Source of the DNA: Mobula birostris
Taxonomy: Eukaryota
DNA: 64,000 nt
Reading direction: 5' to 3'
Assembly: GCF_030028105.1 (NCBI RefSeq)
Contig: NC_092379.1
Location: forward strand, 26,839,821-26,903,820
Under the pieces are notes generated by a model. It was not told the origin of the DNA and did no database searches. It saw only the letters and a program-made list of their open reading frames with translations. The number at the start of each line of letters is the position of its first letter. Position 1 is the stretch's first letter. Made by a program: the position numbers and the translations under genes. Shown one piece after another: positions 63,347 through 64,000 of this stretch.

Positions 63347-63639
63347 CGGCGGAGGGAAAATACCGGAGCAAAATAGCGATTCCTGTGCGATTCCTTTGGT
63401 TTAATATTCACAAACCCTTAAAGTCTGAAGAAGATCTCAAAACGTGTTTGATGGAAGGATCTGCGTGATATATCACTGTTGGACGGTTATAAAGCACTCA
63501 CCTCGGCTTTCATATCTTGTTCACGATAATGTCTGGCCTCTGCAGCGAGTTGAAGATGCCAATACCTAAATGCTGAAAGAGATTGTGGCGTGCACACAGT
63601 CACAAAACGAAACATATCACGTATGCGATGCGCCGTTTC

Positions 63640-63960
63640 ATCAAGGCTGATGCAATTTTCCCCTTAGCCCCTATTTACCTCCTGGCCTCTCCACGTATCC
63701 GTTCATACACTGACCAATCAACAGTCCGTCAAACTCAGTCGTAAATACACAAATAAACGTGTTCCACAGCTGTCTGTGCCAAACAATTCCACAGGTTCAC
63801 AATCCCTTGCCTTAAAATAATACATCCTCCGTTTTAAAACATCGCTCCGCAATACTGAGTCTGTTCCTGTGTTGTTAGACTCTTCCACCACATGAAACAT
63901 ACTCTCCATATCCACTCGATCAATGACTTTCACGATTCGATATGTTTCAGTGAATTCTAA
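63640..63960 (-). mobile_element. CR1 3' end, decayed
   Basis: ORF 63718-63933 (-) reads VIDRVDMESMFHVVEESNNTG...DCEPVELF, matching the CR1 ORF2 end and 3' UTR. Confidence 0.7.
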
Positions 63961-64000
63961 TGGATGGACAAAGAAGTCATCTGGCGCTTCTGCAAGATAT

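Noticed and set aside
1-64000. D, J or C segments, NAR-TCR V, TAILV or IgH-like V segments known from shark alpha/delta loci
   Set aside because: No FGxG motif with an upstream 12-RSS, no C1-set exon and no VH-like framework found by eye; very decayed relics cannot be excluded without a profile search.

Overview
Vertebrate (not microbial) genomic DNA. The repeat complement (CR1 LINEs with (TTCTATG)n tails, abundant Penelope 3' ends) suggests a cartilaginous fish, probably a ray; this is inference. The window is part of the V-segment array of a T-cell receptor alpha/delta-type locus. Two intact + strand V segments (leader exon, intron, V exon, 23-bp-spacer RSS) lie in a ~6.5-kb-period tandem duplication at ~52-63 kb, and one V pseudogene of a different family lies at 11.3-11.8 kb. 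No D, J or C segments were seen. The rest is mostly transposon debris: RTE, CR1, Rex1 and L2 LINEs, Penelope elements carrying minimal hammerhead ribozyme motifs, a hAT/Buster relic, solo LTRs, and a 10-kb Gmr1-like Gypsy element with a Sushi-like chromovirus nested inside it that has an internal inversion. The most notable observations are a spacing-conserved array of four CCAAT boxes plus a CRE half-site upstream of both V genes, V exons with no CpG depletion, CDR1 divergence at constant length, an intact hammerhead core within an inverted Penelope pair, and a switch-region-like minisatellite inside a solo LTR. All calls come from reading the sequence by eye; no database searches were run, and identity figures are estimates.
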